Below, piece by piece: positions 11,545 to 24,305 of a stretch of 64,000 bases of DNA. Source of the DNA: Mobula hypostoma (lineage: Eukaryota); NCBI RefSeq assembly GCF_963921235.1, contig NC_086097.1, positions 110,858,001 through 110,922,000 of the forward strand, written 5' to 3'. The translations under genes and the position numbers were made by a program. The notes below the pieces were generated by a model. That model was not told the origin of the DNA and ran no database searches. It saw only the letters and a program-made list of their open reading frames with translations. How positions within the stretch are numbered: the stretch's first letter is position 1; the number at the start of each line of letters is the position of its first letter.

Positions 11545-14500
11545 CATAGAAACATAGAAAACCTACAGCACAATACAGGTCCTTCAGCCCACAATGCTGT
11601 GCTGAACTTGCACTTACTTTAGAAATTACCTACGGTTACCCATAGCCCTCTATTTTTCTAAGCTCCATGTACCTACTCAGGAGTCTCTTAAAAGACCCTA
11701 TTGTATCCGCCTCCACCACCATTGCCGGCAGCCCATTCCATGCACTCACTACTCTTTGCGTAAAAAATGTACCCCGACATCTCCTCTGTACCTACTTCTA
11801 AGCACATTAAAACTGTGCCTTCTCATGTTAGCCATTTCAGCCCTGGGAAAAAGCCTCTGACTACCCACACGATAAATGCCTCTCATCTTATACACCTCTA
11901 TCAGGTCACCTCTCATCCTCCGTCACTCCAAGGAGAAACCCCAATGCAGGCAACATCCTTATAAATCTCCTCTGCACACTTTCTATAGTTTCCACATCCT
12001 TCCTGTAGTGAGGTGACCAGGACATTACCTCCCAGCTCTTAAACTCAATCTCATGATTGATGAAGGCCAATGTACCATATGCTTCTTTAACCACAGAGTC
12101 AGCCTGCGCAGCAGCTTTTAATGTTCTATGGACTTGGACCCCAACATCCCTCTGATCCTCAACAATGCCAAGAGCCTTACCATTAATACGATATTTTGTC
12201 ATCATACTTGACCTACCAAAATCAACCACCTCACACTTAGTCTGGGTTGAATTCCATTTGCCGTTTCTCAGCCCAGTTTTGCATCCTATTGATGTCCTGC
12301 TGTAACCTCTGACAGCCTTTCACACAATCCACAACACCCCCAACCTTTGTGTCATCAGAAAATTTGCTAACCCATCCATCCACTTCCTCATCCAGGTCAT
12401 TTATAAAAAATCATGAACAGAAGGCGTCCCAGAACAGATCCTTGAGGCACACCACTGGTCACCGACCTCCATGCAGAATATGACCGGACTACAACCACTC
12501 TTTGCCCTCTGTGGGCAAGCCAATTCTGGATACACAAAGCAAGGTCCCCTTGGATTCCATGCCTCCTTACTTTCTCAATAAGCCTTGCAATGGGTACCTT
12601 ATCAAATACCTTGCTGAAATCCATATACACTACATCTACTGCTCTACCTTCATCAATGTGTTTAGACACATCCTCAAAAATTCAATCAGGCTCGTAAGGC
12701 ACGACCTGCTTTTGACAAAGCCATACTGACTATTCCTGATCATATTATGCCTCTCCAAATGTTCATAAATCCTGCCTCTCAGGATCTTCTCTATTCTATA
12801 GACAGGTATATGGAGGAATGTATGGTGGGCAGTTATATGGGAGGCAGGGTTTAAGGGTTGACACAACATTGTGGGCCGAAGGGCCTGAACAGTGCTGTAC
12901 TATTCTATGTTCGATGTAACTTACCAACCACTGAAGTAAGACTCACTGGTCTATAATTTCCTGGGCTATCTCTACTCTCTTTCTTGAATAAGGGAACAAC
13001 ATCTGCAACCCTCCAATCCTCCAGAACCTCCACACCCCCCCCCATCCCCATTGATGACGCAAGGATCACTGCCAGAGGCTCAGCAATCTCCTCCCTCTCC
13101 TCCCACAGTAGCCTGGGGTACATCTCATCCAGTCCTGGAGACTCATCCAACTTGATGCTTTCTGAAAGCTCCAGCACATCCTCTTTCTTAATGTCTATAT
13201 GCTCAAGCTTTTCAATCCACTGTAAGTCGTCCCTACAATTGCCAAGATTCTTTTCCGTAGTTAATACTGAAGCAAAGTATTCATTAAGGATCTCTGCTAT
13301 CTCCTCTGGTTCCATACACACTTTTCCATTGTCACACTTGATTGGTTCTATTCTCTTACGTCTTATCCTCTTGCTCTTCACATACTTGCAGAATGCCTTG
13401 GGATTTTCCTTAATCCTGTTCGCCAAGGCCTCCTCATGGCCCATTCTGGCTCTCCTAATTTTATTCTTAAGCTCCTTCCTGCTAGCCTTATAATCTTCTA
13501 GATCTCATCGGTCCCTCCCCACGGATCTCCCACCTGGCACTTATCCCTGTAAGCGTAAGTGCTACACCTGTCCCTACACTTCTCTTACCACCATTCAGGG
13601 CCCCAAACAGTCCTTCCAAGTGAGGGAACACTTCACTTGCGAGTCTGTTGGGGTCATCTATTGCATCCGGTGCTCCCAGTGCGGCCTCCTCTACATCGGT
13701 GAAACCCGACGCAGATTGGGGGACCGTTTTATCGAGCACCTCCGCTCCGTCCGCCACAACAGATAGGATCTCCCAGTAGCCACACACTTCAACTCTGCTT
13801 CCCACTCCCATTGAGATATGTCCATACATGGCCTCCTCTACTACCATGATGAGGCTAAACTCAGGTTGGAGGAGCAACACCTCATATACTGTCTGGGTAG
13901 TCTCCAGCCCCTTGGTATGAACATAGAATTCTCCAGCTTCCAGTAATTCCCTCCCCCTCCCTTCCTCTATCTCTATGCCACTCTGCCCCCTCCCCCGGGT
14001 GCCTATCACCTCCCTCATGGTTCCGCCTCCTTCTACTACCCATTGTGTTTTCCCCTATTCTTTCTTCACCTTTCCTCCCTGCTTCCCCTCCCCCACCCCT
14101 TTATCTTTCTCCTCACTGGTTTTTCACCTGGAACCTACCAGCCTTCTCCTTCCCACCCTCCCCCCACCTTCTTTATAGGGCCTCTGCCCCTTCCCTCTAC
14201 AGTCTTGACGAAGGGTTCCGGCCCGAAACGTCGACCGATCTTTTCCACGGATGCTGCCCGACCTGCTGAGCTCCTCCAGCGTGTTGTGAGTGTTGCTCTA
14301 TCATTACCTAGTTTTTTGAACCTTTTGTAAGCTTTTCTTTTCTCTTGACTAGATTTTCAACAGCCTTTGTACACCACAGTTCCTGTACCCTACCATCCTT
14401 TCCCTGTCTCATTGGAATGTACCTATGCAGAATGCCAGTCAAATATCCCCTGAACATTTGCCACACTTCTGCCGTACATTTCCGAGAACATCTGTTCCCA

Positions 14501-14805
14501 ATATTTGCTTTCCAAGTTCCTGCCTGATAGCTTCATATTTCCCCTTACTCCATTAAACACGTTCCTAACTTGTCTGTTCCTATCCCTCTCCAATGCTCAT
14601 GTTAAAGGAGATAGAATTCTGATCACTATCTCCAAAATGCTCTCCCACTGTGAGACCTGACACCTGACCAGGTTCACTTCCCAATACCAGATCAAGTACA
14701 GCCTCTCCTCTTGTAGGGTTATCTACATATTGTGTCAGGAAACCTTCCTGAACACACCTAACAAACTCCACCCCATCTAAACCCTTTACTCTAGGGAGAT
14801 GCAAA
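11545..14805 (-). mobile_element. CR1 LINE (end of EN plus RT), interrupted by a Penelope element
   Basis: CR1 ORF2 motifs in ORFs 11906-12229, 12397-12669, 12905-13444 and 14580-14804; (catagaaa)n tail. Confidence 0.9.
13507..14297 (+). mobile_element. 5'-truncated Penelope-like element
   Basis: Zn-finger/GIY-YIG coding remnant plus pseudo-LTR. Hammerhead-like motif at 14200-14237. Confidence 0.88.
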
Positions 14806-14835
14806 TCAATATTATATGAATATCAATATCAATAT

Positions 14836-15025
14836 ATGTTATCACCAATCCGCACAGATTGTGGTCTTCTGGTTAGGAAGTTAAAGATCCAATTGCAGAT
14901 ATTCGTCTTACCCTTCCTGAAGTCCACAATCAGCTCTTTCGTCTTACTGATGTTGAGTGCCAGGTTGTTGCTGCGGCACCATTCCACTAGTTGGCATATC
15001 TCACTCCTGTACACCCACTCATCAC
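14836..15025 (-). mobile_element. Rex1/Babar fragment
   Basis: WCRSNNLALNISKTKELIVDFRK; similar to 11255-11360. Confidence 0.75.
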
Positions 15026-15199
15026 ATGTTATCCTCAAGTGGTCTTTTCCTCTATTAAGTTATATTCTTACTCTTCATGTATGTATAGAATTTCTTAGGA
15101 TTCTCTTTAATCCTACTTGACAAGGACTTTTCATGGTCCCAGCTGGCTTCTTGAGTTCTTTTCTAGCTTCTTTATAATTCTCAAGGCCCCAATTTGATA

Positions 15200-15780
15200 T
15201 GAGAGAGAGAGACGTGGAGGGGAGAGACAGAGTGAGAGAGAGAAGGGTAGAGAGTGAGAGAGAAAGAGAGAAAGAGAGAGACACACACACACACACACAG
15301 ACATGGGAAGACAGAGAGAGAGACAGGGAGGGAGAGAGAGGGAGAGACGGGGAAGGAGAGAGAGACGAGGAGGGACAGAGAGAGAGAGGGGGAGGGTAGA
15401 GGGGGGGAGTGAGAGAGTGAGAGATGGGGAGGCAGAGAGAGAGATGGGGGGACAGAGAGAGACAGGAAGTCAGACAGAGAGAGAGAGATGGGGAGGGAGA
15501 GAGAGAGAGAGACAGGGAGGGTAGAGAGAGAGAGAGGGAGGAGTGAGAGAGTGAGAGATGGGGAGGGAGAGAGAGAGAAAGAAAGATAGAGTGAGATACA
15601 GAGAGACAAGCGAGACAGAGAAATAGAGATAGAGAGAGACAGATAAAGAAAGTGAAAGATAAAGCTCGAGATAGAGAAAGAAAGACAGAAATCGAGATAA
15701 AGAGACAGGGAGAGGGAGGAGGGGAAGGGGAAGGGAGGGGGAGAAAGAGAGAGTTAGATAGAGGGAGATAGAGAGTGTGC
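15200..15780. repeat. (GA)n-rich low-complexity tract with a short (CA)n
   Basis: Seen directly in the sequence. Confidence 0.95.
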
Positions 15781-16829
15781 ACATGCAGGGGTGCCTAAGA
15801 CTTTTGTACAGTACTGTAATTTAAAGTATTGCACTGTACTGCTGCTGCATATAAAATCATGACATACGCCAGTGATGATAACCCCGATTCTGATTTTGGT
15901 CACTATAGTGGAGTGAGAGTGGGAAGTGGACAGGGAGAGGGGAAGTATGGTTGGGAAAACGGAAGGGAGATGGTAGGGAGAAGACTCAGCACTCAACTCT
16001 ACTTAATCTCAAAACCTCCCAGCATATTTGCTATCTTTCAATACCTTCTTCTTTATACTCACCTCAAACACTTGCTATGATTCCAAGCTCAAATTCTCAC
16101 ATTTATCCTTCAGTGGACCTACCCCTCTCCTTAGTTTTGCTATCATTCTCAAAACGTAAACATAAAATGCCTTGGGATTCCCCTTGACCCTGTTCTGTAA
16201 GGATGACTCGTGGCCCCATTCACCCTTCCTACTCATCTGTTTGAGCACTTTGTGATTACATTTATATTTCAAATGGGCCCAGTCTGATTTTAGACTCCGA
16301 AACCTTATATATATGCTTCCCTTTTCTTCTTGACATTCTTTTGCTGTTTGGATTGCATGTGGTCCTATGTTCCAACTTTTTAGCTCAACTCATGATCTTA
16401 TATACCCTTCTTGGCAAGAAACTGAACCTCAATTTAACCATTTGTGATTTGGACAACATCTCCAATTTGAAAGTACAGAGATGCCTTAACCTTAAGATAA
16501 TAGCAAATGGTTACGTAGTATTAATCAGACACATGAACAGGCAGGGAATGCAGGCAGATGGGAATAGTTTCGATTGGCATCATGGTCGATGTCAACATGG
16601 TGGTGTGAAGGGCCCACTTTCTTTGCCGTACTATGTTCTGTGTTAGATGTTTAAGCCTACAGAAGCCTTGGAATTTAGTATTTTAAAGAAGTGCATTTCA
16701 AGTCAAAGATTATAGAGAATAGTTTACAATGATTTGAACTTCTGATGGTTAAACTGGAATGTTAAACAGGAACATGTAAAATTAAACTGATACTACTGAC
16801 ATACTGTCTATTAAAGAAAACGAATGCAA

Positions 16830-19660
16830 AAAAAACTGCTGTAATTACTCAGCAGATGAAGTAGTTTTTGTGTAGCTTAAAAGTGTGTGTCAATGTTTCA
16901 GGATGAGATAATGCATTGATGTCGGGAGGGGAAAAGTAGCTGTATAAAGAGTACTGGGGCAGGGGGGAAGTAGGACAATAGATGGTAGGGAAGCAGATAA
17001 GGGGAATTATGGATAGACGAAGCAATGACGAATCTGCTGGAAGAACTCAGCAAGTCAAGCAACATCTGTGAGAAGAATGGAACCATTTTGGGTTGAAATC
17101 TTTAGACTGGAGCAATGAGTTGGCCAGTCCAAAAAGGGAAAAGTGTATAGTGAGGAAGAAGTCCAAGGTGATTGGTGGACCGAGGAGGGGTGTAGGAAGT
17201 CAGGAAGGGAGTTGGGGTGGGGGTGGGAGAAAGTGGCAGGTGCATGATAGATGGAGGGGGACAGAGAGATTAAAAAAAGGAATTAAAATAGGGGAAAGCA
17301 CAGTGGAACAAGGTGAGGGCAGAGAGTGTGAAGGTAAGAGGCAGTTGCTGGAGGGAGAGGCTAAGATACAGAAACACAAATCACTTCCAGTGCTGGATTC
17401 TGTTAAGTAAAAGAAGTGAAAATCGGAACCATTATGGGGGGAGGTGAATGGTGGTTGGAACCAGAGCCAGACTGATTGGGGAAAGGGGAGGGGAGGAGCC
17501 CATAGGTCGTGTGTATGTAGTGGGTGGATGGAAACAGGAGAGGAATCGGGACAAAAGTGTGAGAGTGGCGGACTGAGGAGAAGTGTAATATAGCAGGCAG
17601 CTTGTGTCACATAGGAGCGGGGGTTGGGATGGAGGTGGGAGTCAGTGCAGGTGAGCGATAGATAGAAACAAACAGTGACGGTTAAGCAGACGAGGTAGTT
17701 ACAGAGGGACTGGTCTCCTGCTGAAGACATAAAGGGATATGGAGGACATGTGGCTCCATTTTGTTACAGCTTGTGGAAGGACTATTCCCATTCATCCCTC
17801 CCTGACCCCTGGTACTTCCCCCAACCTTCCCAGTAGATGTAACATATATCCTTATACCACCATCCAGTGACCTTAAACACTTGTAGGTGAGGCCAACATT
17901 TACATGCATCTCCTCCAACTTTGTCTACAGAATTCAGTGCTCCCATTTTGCCTCTATGTACATTGGTGAGACCAAACACAGATCGGATAACCGTTTTGCA
18001 GGTCTGCAGTGGCCATCCCAAACTCCCAGCCACATGCCACTTCAGTTCCCTTGGCCGTCTCTACTGCTGGGATAAAGCCCAAGACTAAACGGAGGAACAG
18101 CCCATCTTATTCCACTGGGGTAATCTGCTATGTAATGGCATGAATACTGAGTTTTCCAAGTTTTAGGTTAACCTCTCTCCCTTTTTTCTTTTTCATATTC
18201 TTTCTGATCTTCCACCAGTCCTCCCATTTTTGTCCCGATTCCCCTCCTGTTTCCATCCACCCACTACATACACATGACCTATGGGCTCCTCCCCTCCCCT
18301 TTCCCCAATCAATCTGGCTCTCTCGGTGGCCACCCATTTCAATCTTGCTTCCCATTCCTGTTCCGACATGTCAATCCATGGCCTTCTATACCGCTGCGAT
18401 GAGGCCACACTCAGGTTGGAGGAGCCACACATTCTGTCAGGGTAGCCTCCAACCTGATGACACGAACGTCGATTTCTCGAACTTCTCGTAATGCCCCTCT
18501 CCCACCTTCACCATTCCCTATTGCTGTTTTCCCCCTCTAACCTTATTTCTTTACCTGCCCATTATTTCCCTTTGGTGCTCCTCCCCCTTCCCTTTCTTCC
18601 ACGGTCTTCTACCCTCTCCTATCAGATTCCCCCTTCTTCAGCCCTTTATCTCTTTCACCAATCAACTTCCCAACTCTTTACTTCACCCCTCCCCCGACTC
18701 GGCTTCACCTATCATCTGCCATCTTGTACTTGTTCCACCCCGCCCCCCCCTTTTTTTTTAAACCATGACTGCTCGTCTTTTTTTCCCAGTCCTGATGAAG
18801 GCTCTCAGCCCAAAACATCAACTGTTTATTCTTTTCCATAGATGCTGCCTGGCCTGCTGAGTTCCTCCAGCATTTTGTGTGTGTTGCTTGGATTTCCAGC
18901 AGCTGCAGATTTTCTTGTGTTTGTGAACCTACACGACCAGTACTTCTCCCACCCCCAACTAGCACATCCATTTTCTCTCTCCCTTTTGTTAGGGTATATA
19001 GCAATTATTAACTTCAACCAATTTTCGGATCTCTGTCTGTCTCTCTCATGACTCCAAAGGCTGCCAGCTTGTGTGTGTCCCAAATGAAGACTTGTATCCG
19101 ACAGCTGTGTTTGGTGAAGAAGGCGAATGCAATGTTGGCATTCATTTCTAGAGGAATAGAGTATAGGAGCAGGGATGTGACTTTGTTCATGTTACCACAC
19201 CTTTGATCACCTTTTCCAGCCCTCCGACCACCACCACCCTCCCACCCGCAGCTAGCTCTGTCTGTCCATAGGATATACAAGAGACCGCAAATGCTGGCAC
19301 GTGGGGCAACGAACGATCTGCTGGAAGAACTCAATGATGTGAGTAGCATCAGTTGAGGAAAGGAATTAACAACATTGTGGGTTGAAACTCTACATCAAGA
19401 ACTCAGTGGAGAGGGGAGATGGCCAGTGTAACGGTAGATGACCCTAACAGACTCACAGGTGAAGTGTTGTCACATTTGGAAGGACTGTTTGGGGCCTTGA
19501 ATGGTAGTGAGGGAAGAGGTGTAGGGGAAAATGTGGCACTTGCTCCACTTGCAAAGAGAAGTACCAGAAGGGAGATCAGTGGGGAGGGATGGCGAGGGGA
19601 GAGAAAGATGTGCTTTGTGGTGGGATCCAGTTGGATTTGGTGGAAGTTATATGCTGTGTA
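16830..19660. mobile_element. Cluster of old Penelope-like fragments in both orientations
   Basis: FTCISSNFVYRIQCS...MYIGETKHR (ORF 17887-18075), a pseudo-LTR ending near 18925, and minus-strand GIY-YIG pieces at 19430-19640. Confidence 0.7.
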
Positions 19661-20234
19661 GGTTACCTTTAATTGGAAAATTAAATGTTCTGATCACCAG
19701 GAAGCCCAAGAGGAATAATGAGGTTGTTGTTTCTCTAGTTTGCACTTGGCTTCAGCATGGCAGTGGAGGCAACCAAAGGGAGACTGACTAGTGTGGGAAT
19801 AGCAAGGAGAAGCTGAAATAAGATGCAACCAGAAACTCAAGAGGTCTATTGCAGACAGAATGGTCACCAAGTCTATGCTTGGTCTTCAGAAATCAAGGAG
19901 GGCACACAACGTGCACCAAATGCAACAGCTCAGGTTGAAAGAGATGCAGGAGAATTTTACCTCAACTGGATGGGCTGTTGAGATTCCATCCTATAGTTGC
20001 AGTCCTAAGGGACAGGGAGGAGTGGGTCAGAAGGGATGAGTGAACCAAGGGCCACAGAGTGGGTGGTTTCTATGGAAATCAGACAGAAGGGAGAAAGAGA
20101 AAATGAAGGATTGAATGTTAGATAGGGAGGCTGGTTCAGTGAAAGGCGAGGACAGAGGGAACTCTATTGTCATGTTATGCGCTATCTGTTTATTGAATAA
20201 ATCCAACAGCGTAAGATTTCCTAAAGAAAATCCG

Positions 20235-21265
20235 GCTGGTTTCAGGCTATTTTATCATGTGGCTTCAAGTACCCTGAAAACTCATCTTTAATAATGTATT
20301 CTAACATCTTGCCAACCATGGAAGTCAGGCTATCTGGCCTATAATATCCTGTCTTTTGCCTCCCTCCCTTTATGGCCAAATTTGCTGATGATACAAAGAT
20401 AGATGGATGGGGCAAGTAATGTTGAGGAAGCACGGAGTTTGTTGAAAGACTTGGACAGATTAAGGAATGGACGTGGTAGATAGAATACAACGTATTCCAC
20501 TGTATATGGTTCATGAATTTTGGTAGAATGAAAAAAGGCATGGACTATTTTCTAAACGGGGAGCAAATTCAGAAATCAGAAGTGCAAAGGGAGTCCCAGT
20601 GCAGATTTCCTAATGGTTAACTTCTAAGTTGGGTTGGTAGTCAAGAAGGCAAATGCAATATTAGCATTCATTTCAAGAGGACAAGAATATAAAAGCGAGG
20701 ATGTAATGCTGAGGCTTAATAAGGCATTGGTCAGACCTCATTTGGAGTATTGAGAGCAGTTTTGGGCCCCTTATCAAAGAAAAGATGTGCTGGCATTGGA
20801 AAGGGTCCAGAGAAGGTTCACGAGAATGATTCTGGGAATGAAAGGATTAGCATATGAGGAGCATTTGATGGCTCTGGTCCTATACTTGCTGGAGTTTACA
20901 AGAATGCAAAGAGATCTTGTTGAAACCGAATGAATATTGAAAGATATGGAAAGGATGTTTCCATTGGTGGGGGAGTCATGACTGAGGGCACAACCTCAGA
21001 ATAGAAGGACATCCCTTTAAGAATAGAGATAAGGAGGAACTTCTTTAGCCAGAGGGGATGAATCTGTGGAATTCATTGCCACAGACAGCTGTGGAAGCCA
21101 AGTCATTAGGTACATTTAAAATAAAGGTTGGTAGGTTCTTGATTAGTAAGAGTGTCACAGCTTATGGGGAATGGCAGGAGAATGGGGCTGAGTGGTTAAG
21201 TAAATCAGCCTTGATCAAATTGCAGAGCACATTCAATGAGCTGAATGGTCTATTTTGTCTTAAGG
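20235..21265 (+). mobile_element. CR1 3' fragment with an inverted 5' piece (20235-20370)
   Basis: KFADDTK...RPHLEY...MNLWNSLPQ on +; the YYRPDSLTSMVGKMLE piece is on -. Confidence 0.8.
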
Positions 21266-21784
21266 TCCAAGAACCTGAATCCCTGCCCTGCACTAGCTCC
21301 TTAGCCAGGAATTTCCCTGGCCTTTATTTCTATCTCTGAATTCACTAGCACATGGCACCAGGAGTAATCTCGAGATCACAAACCTCAAGGTCTTCCTTCT
21401 AAGCTTCTTATCGAACTTCCTATACTCATTTTGCAGAACCACATCCCTTGTTCTACTAATGTTACTTGTATACCTTTGGCTGCAGCCACTCAGGGACAAA
21501 TCAGCCATCACATTATAGAGTACTTCAACAAATATTTTGAATTAATTTTCTTCAGAGGAGGGACCACTGGCAGCTTGCTGAAATAAACAATTCTTGGTAC
21601 AGTATGTCTGACGCTTTACTGTAAACTAAGGAAAATCCCATGGAAAATAAAAATGGGAAATAATTTTACATTACTGGACTGTGACAAAAGAGGCAAAATG
21701 GCATTAACATGTTTAGAAAATATATATTGATTTAGGTATTTCTATTAACAATTACAAACAAGTGAGTAGACAAATAGAAACATT

Positions 21785-22267
21785 TAGTACAGTAAATAAA
21801 ACTTTATTCACTTTCCAAGTCTGTTACAAGTTATCCTCTTCCTTAGCTGAGATATGAATCATGTATTTACAATTTACAGTAGTGTCTTTCGAAAATACAA
21901 GTACAAAAGCTATAATAAACAAACTAGGTACAGCTATTTAGTACCTTTAAAGGCTGAAGCTCCAAGGATGAGACCCTGCAAAAATAAATCAGTTGTACAG
22001 AGAGCATTCCAGTCAAACATTAACAGCTCAAGTTCCATTAATTTTATTGCACAATTTATCCTAGTGCCATTTAATAAAAAATCTGCTTGAATTAACATCA
22101 GAATAAGATTGAGAGCTTTTTTGCATTTTAGGTTTTGTACAAATCACAGTAGAAGGCCATGAAAACATTATCCTGATAACAGTACCATATTCTTCCCATG
22201 TGCAACCAGATAAATAACTTCCCAGAAGCATGATCCCTGAACAGTTCCACTTAGGTGACTTCCTTAG
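21785..22267 (-). other. GOLGA4: Putative GOLGA4 3' UTR with polyadenylation signals
   Basis: Non-repetitive AT-rich sequence after the stop. AATAAA on the minus strand at 22043-22048 and 21803-21808; the latter is followed by GT/T-rich sequence. Confidence 0.6.
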
Positions 22268-22285
22268 TTAACGGAGCCAAGAAGT
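22268..22285 (-). CDS. GOLGA4: Golgin A4 terminal coding segment (TSWLR-stop)
   Basis: cttctccttccAG|act tct tgg ctc cgt TAA in phase 0. Matches the SWLR C-terminal isoform of golgin-245. Confidence 0.85.
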   Translation of the reverse strand, partial: TSWLR

Positions 22286-24305
22286 CTGGAAGGAGAAGTA
22301 AGGAATTAATGAAGTGGACTGTAAATATTTTTCAGTTGCATTTACAAATCACAATTACTTAGAAATACAAACAAATTTACTGTTCTGCTTTGGTCATGGA
22401 AGATCAACTTGTCAACCACAAAGAAAGATTTTGCAAATACACTATCCATCTTTCAGACTAAGCATTTATTTTTATAAATGAAATTGCATAAGCAGTGGCA
22501 CAATTTTCTGATCACTTGATTGATTAGCAGTATCAGGAACAAACAGATCATCACAAAGACTTCAGAAAGGCACTTCCTGCATAAAGTCAGCAATATAAGT
22601 ATCTGTTCCAATTTCATTGTGTTCTAATGTAACTCTACACCCGTTAATGCAAAAAGAATGCACAATGGCCTTTAAATGCATAATTGTACCTACCTCTGCA
22701 GCTTCCTCTGGAAACGCCAAAACAACATATTAACTGCATTACTACTAACTGTTAACACATCAAAAATTCTGACACCTTGGTCAAACAGTTTGTTCTTAAC
22801 AAATTAATACATGTGTTGTTCAACATTTCCAGCATCTGCAGAATCTCGCATCTTTATTAGACAACTCCTAATTTTCTTCCAAATTGTATGGTAACATTCT
22901 TTCCCCAGAGTAGGGTATGTCTAAATCTTGAGAACATAAACTTAAGGTGAGAGGGGAAAGATTTAAAAGAGACTTGAGGGGTATCTTTCTCACAGAAAGG
23001 GTAATGAGTATATGAAATGAGCTGTTGGAGGAAGATGTCGAACCTGGTTCAATTACAACGTTTAAAAGACACTGGATAGCAAAGGTTTTGGACAAAACAG
23101 AAGCAGAAGGGGTTAGTTTGGATAGACAGCTTGGTCAGCAAGTGAGAGTTCGGCCTGTATCTGTAGTGTGTAATGTCATCATGTAAGAAATAAACCAACT
23201 AAACTAACTAAACCAATTAACTAGTACTGGTATGTTTCCATTTAGTGGGCTTAATTTAGAAGTAGTAATCAGGCAGACACAGCATGGATTCAGCCAGGTC
23301 AGATTCTGTCTGACAAACCTACTGGAGTTCTTTGAGGATATAAAGAGCGCAGTGGACAGAAGGGAACAGATGGACGTTACTTACTTGGATTCCCAGAAGG
23401 CATTCGATAAGGTGCCACATAAAAGACTTATCCATAAGGATGCATAGAGTTGGGGGTTATGTATTAGCATGGATAGAGGATTGGTTAACTAATAGAAAGC
23501 AGAGAGCTGGGACAGACGGAGAGGTGGAACGAAGTCAAGATGGCGCTAAATGGTGACTCCCTTACTTGCATCTTCAGAAACAGCTCTATTTCCAGCTTTA
23601 ATATCTCTATTTTTCCCTTTCAAGGTTCTTTTGAAGACTCTGACCTGGAATTACACACTGACTTCGGTTGTTTGTGGGAATGGGACTCATTCTCATGGTT
23701 TCAGGACTGGCCGTTGTTCGGCACGCCAAAGATTCGGCCTGGGAGTCCAGCTCGGATTTGTAAGCCTAAGATCTCGGGGCTCTGGAGACGGGTGGATCGA
23801 GGGTTGGTGTCACGGCAGGAGACCTGCGTATCGTGGGGGGAGTTGGAAAATCTACTGTTGTGTGCCCAAGACACGGGATCTTTGAGATTTTTGGGAACAG
23901 AGCCTGGAAAAAGCAACGTAACAGACTTTTAACATCGTAAACCAGCATGTTGTTTATTATGTCTCCCCGCTCACTGGGGAAAAATGAAGACACCTCCTTC
24001 TCCCTTATTAGGGAGAGAGAGAACCTGTGGTATGTCAAATGCCGGGTGAAACGCGAAGTCTTTGGGATAACTGCAAGTCTGTGTCTTTGCCATTACTTTG
24101 CTCACTCTTGAATGCCCGGTGGTGGGTGCTGATGCTCTATTTTGCTAGTGGGGGGGAGGGATCATTGCTTGCTGCTGCTTACGCGCAGGAGGGGAGCTGG
24201 TGGGGACTTTGGGGTTCTTACGTTTAACTGTCACTTGTTCTTTAGGCCACTCTTCTGTTTTCGTGGATGTTGACGAAGAAAAAGCATTTCAGGATGTATA
24301 TTGTA

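Noticed and set aside
15075..15784. Long S/L- and R/E-rich ORFs (up to 235 aa)
   Set aside because: These are translations of the (GA)n microsatellite.
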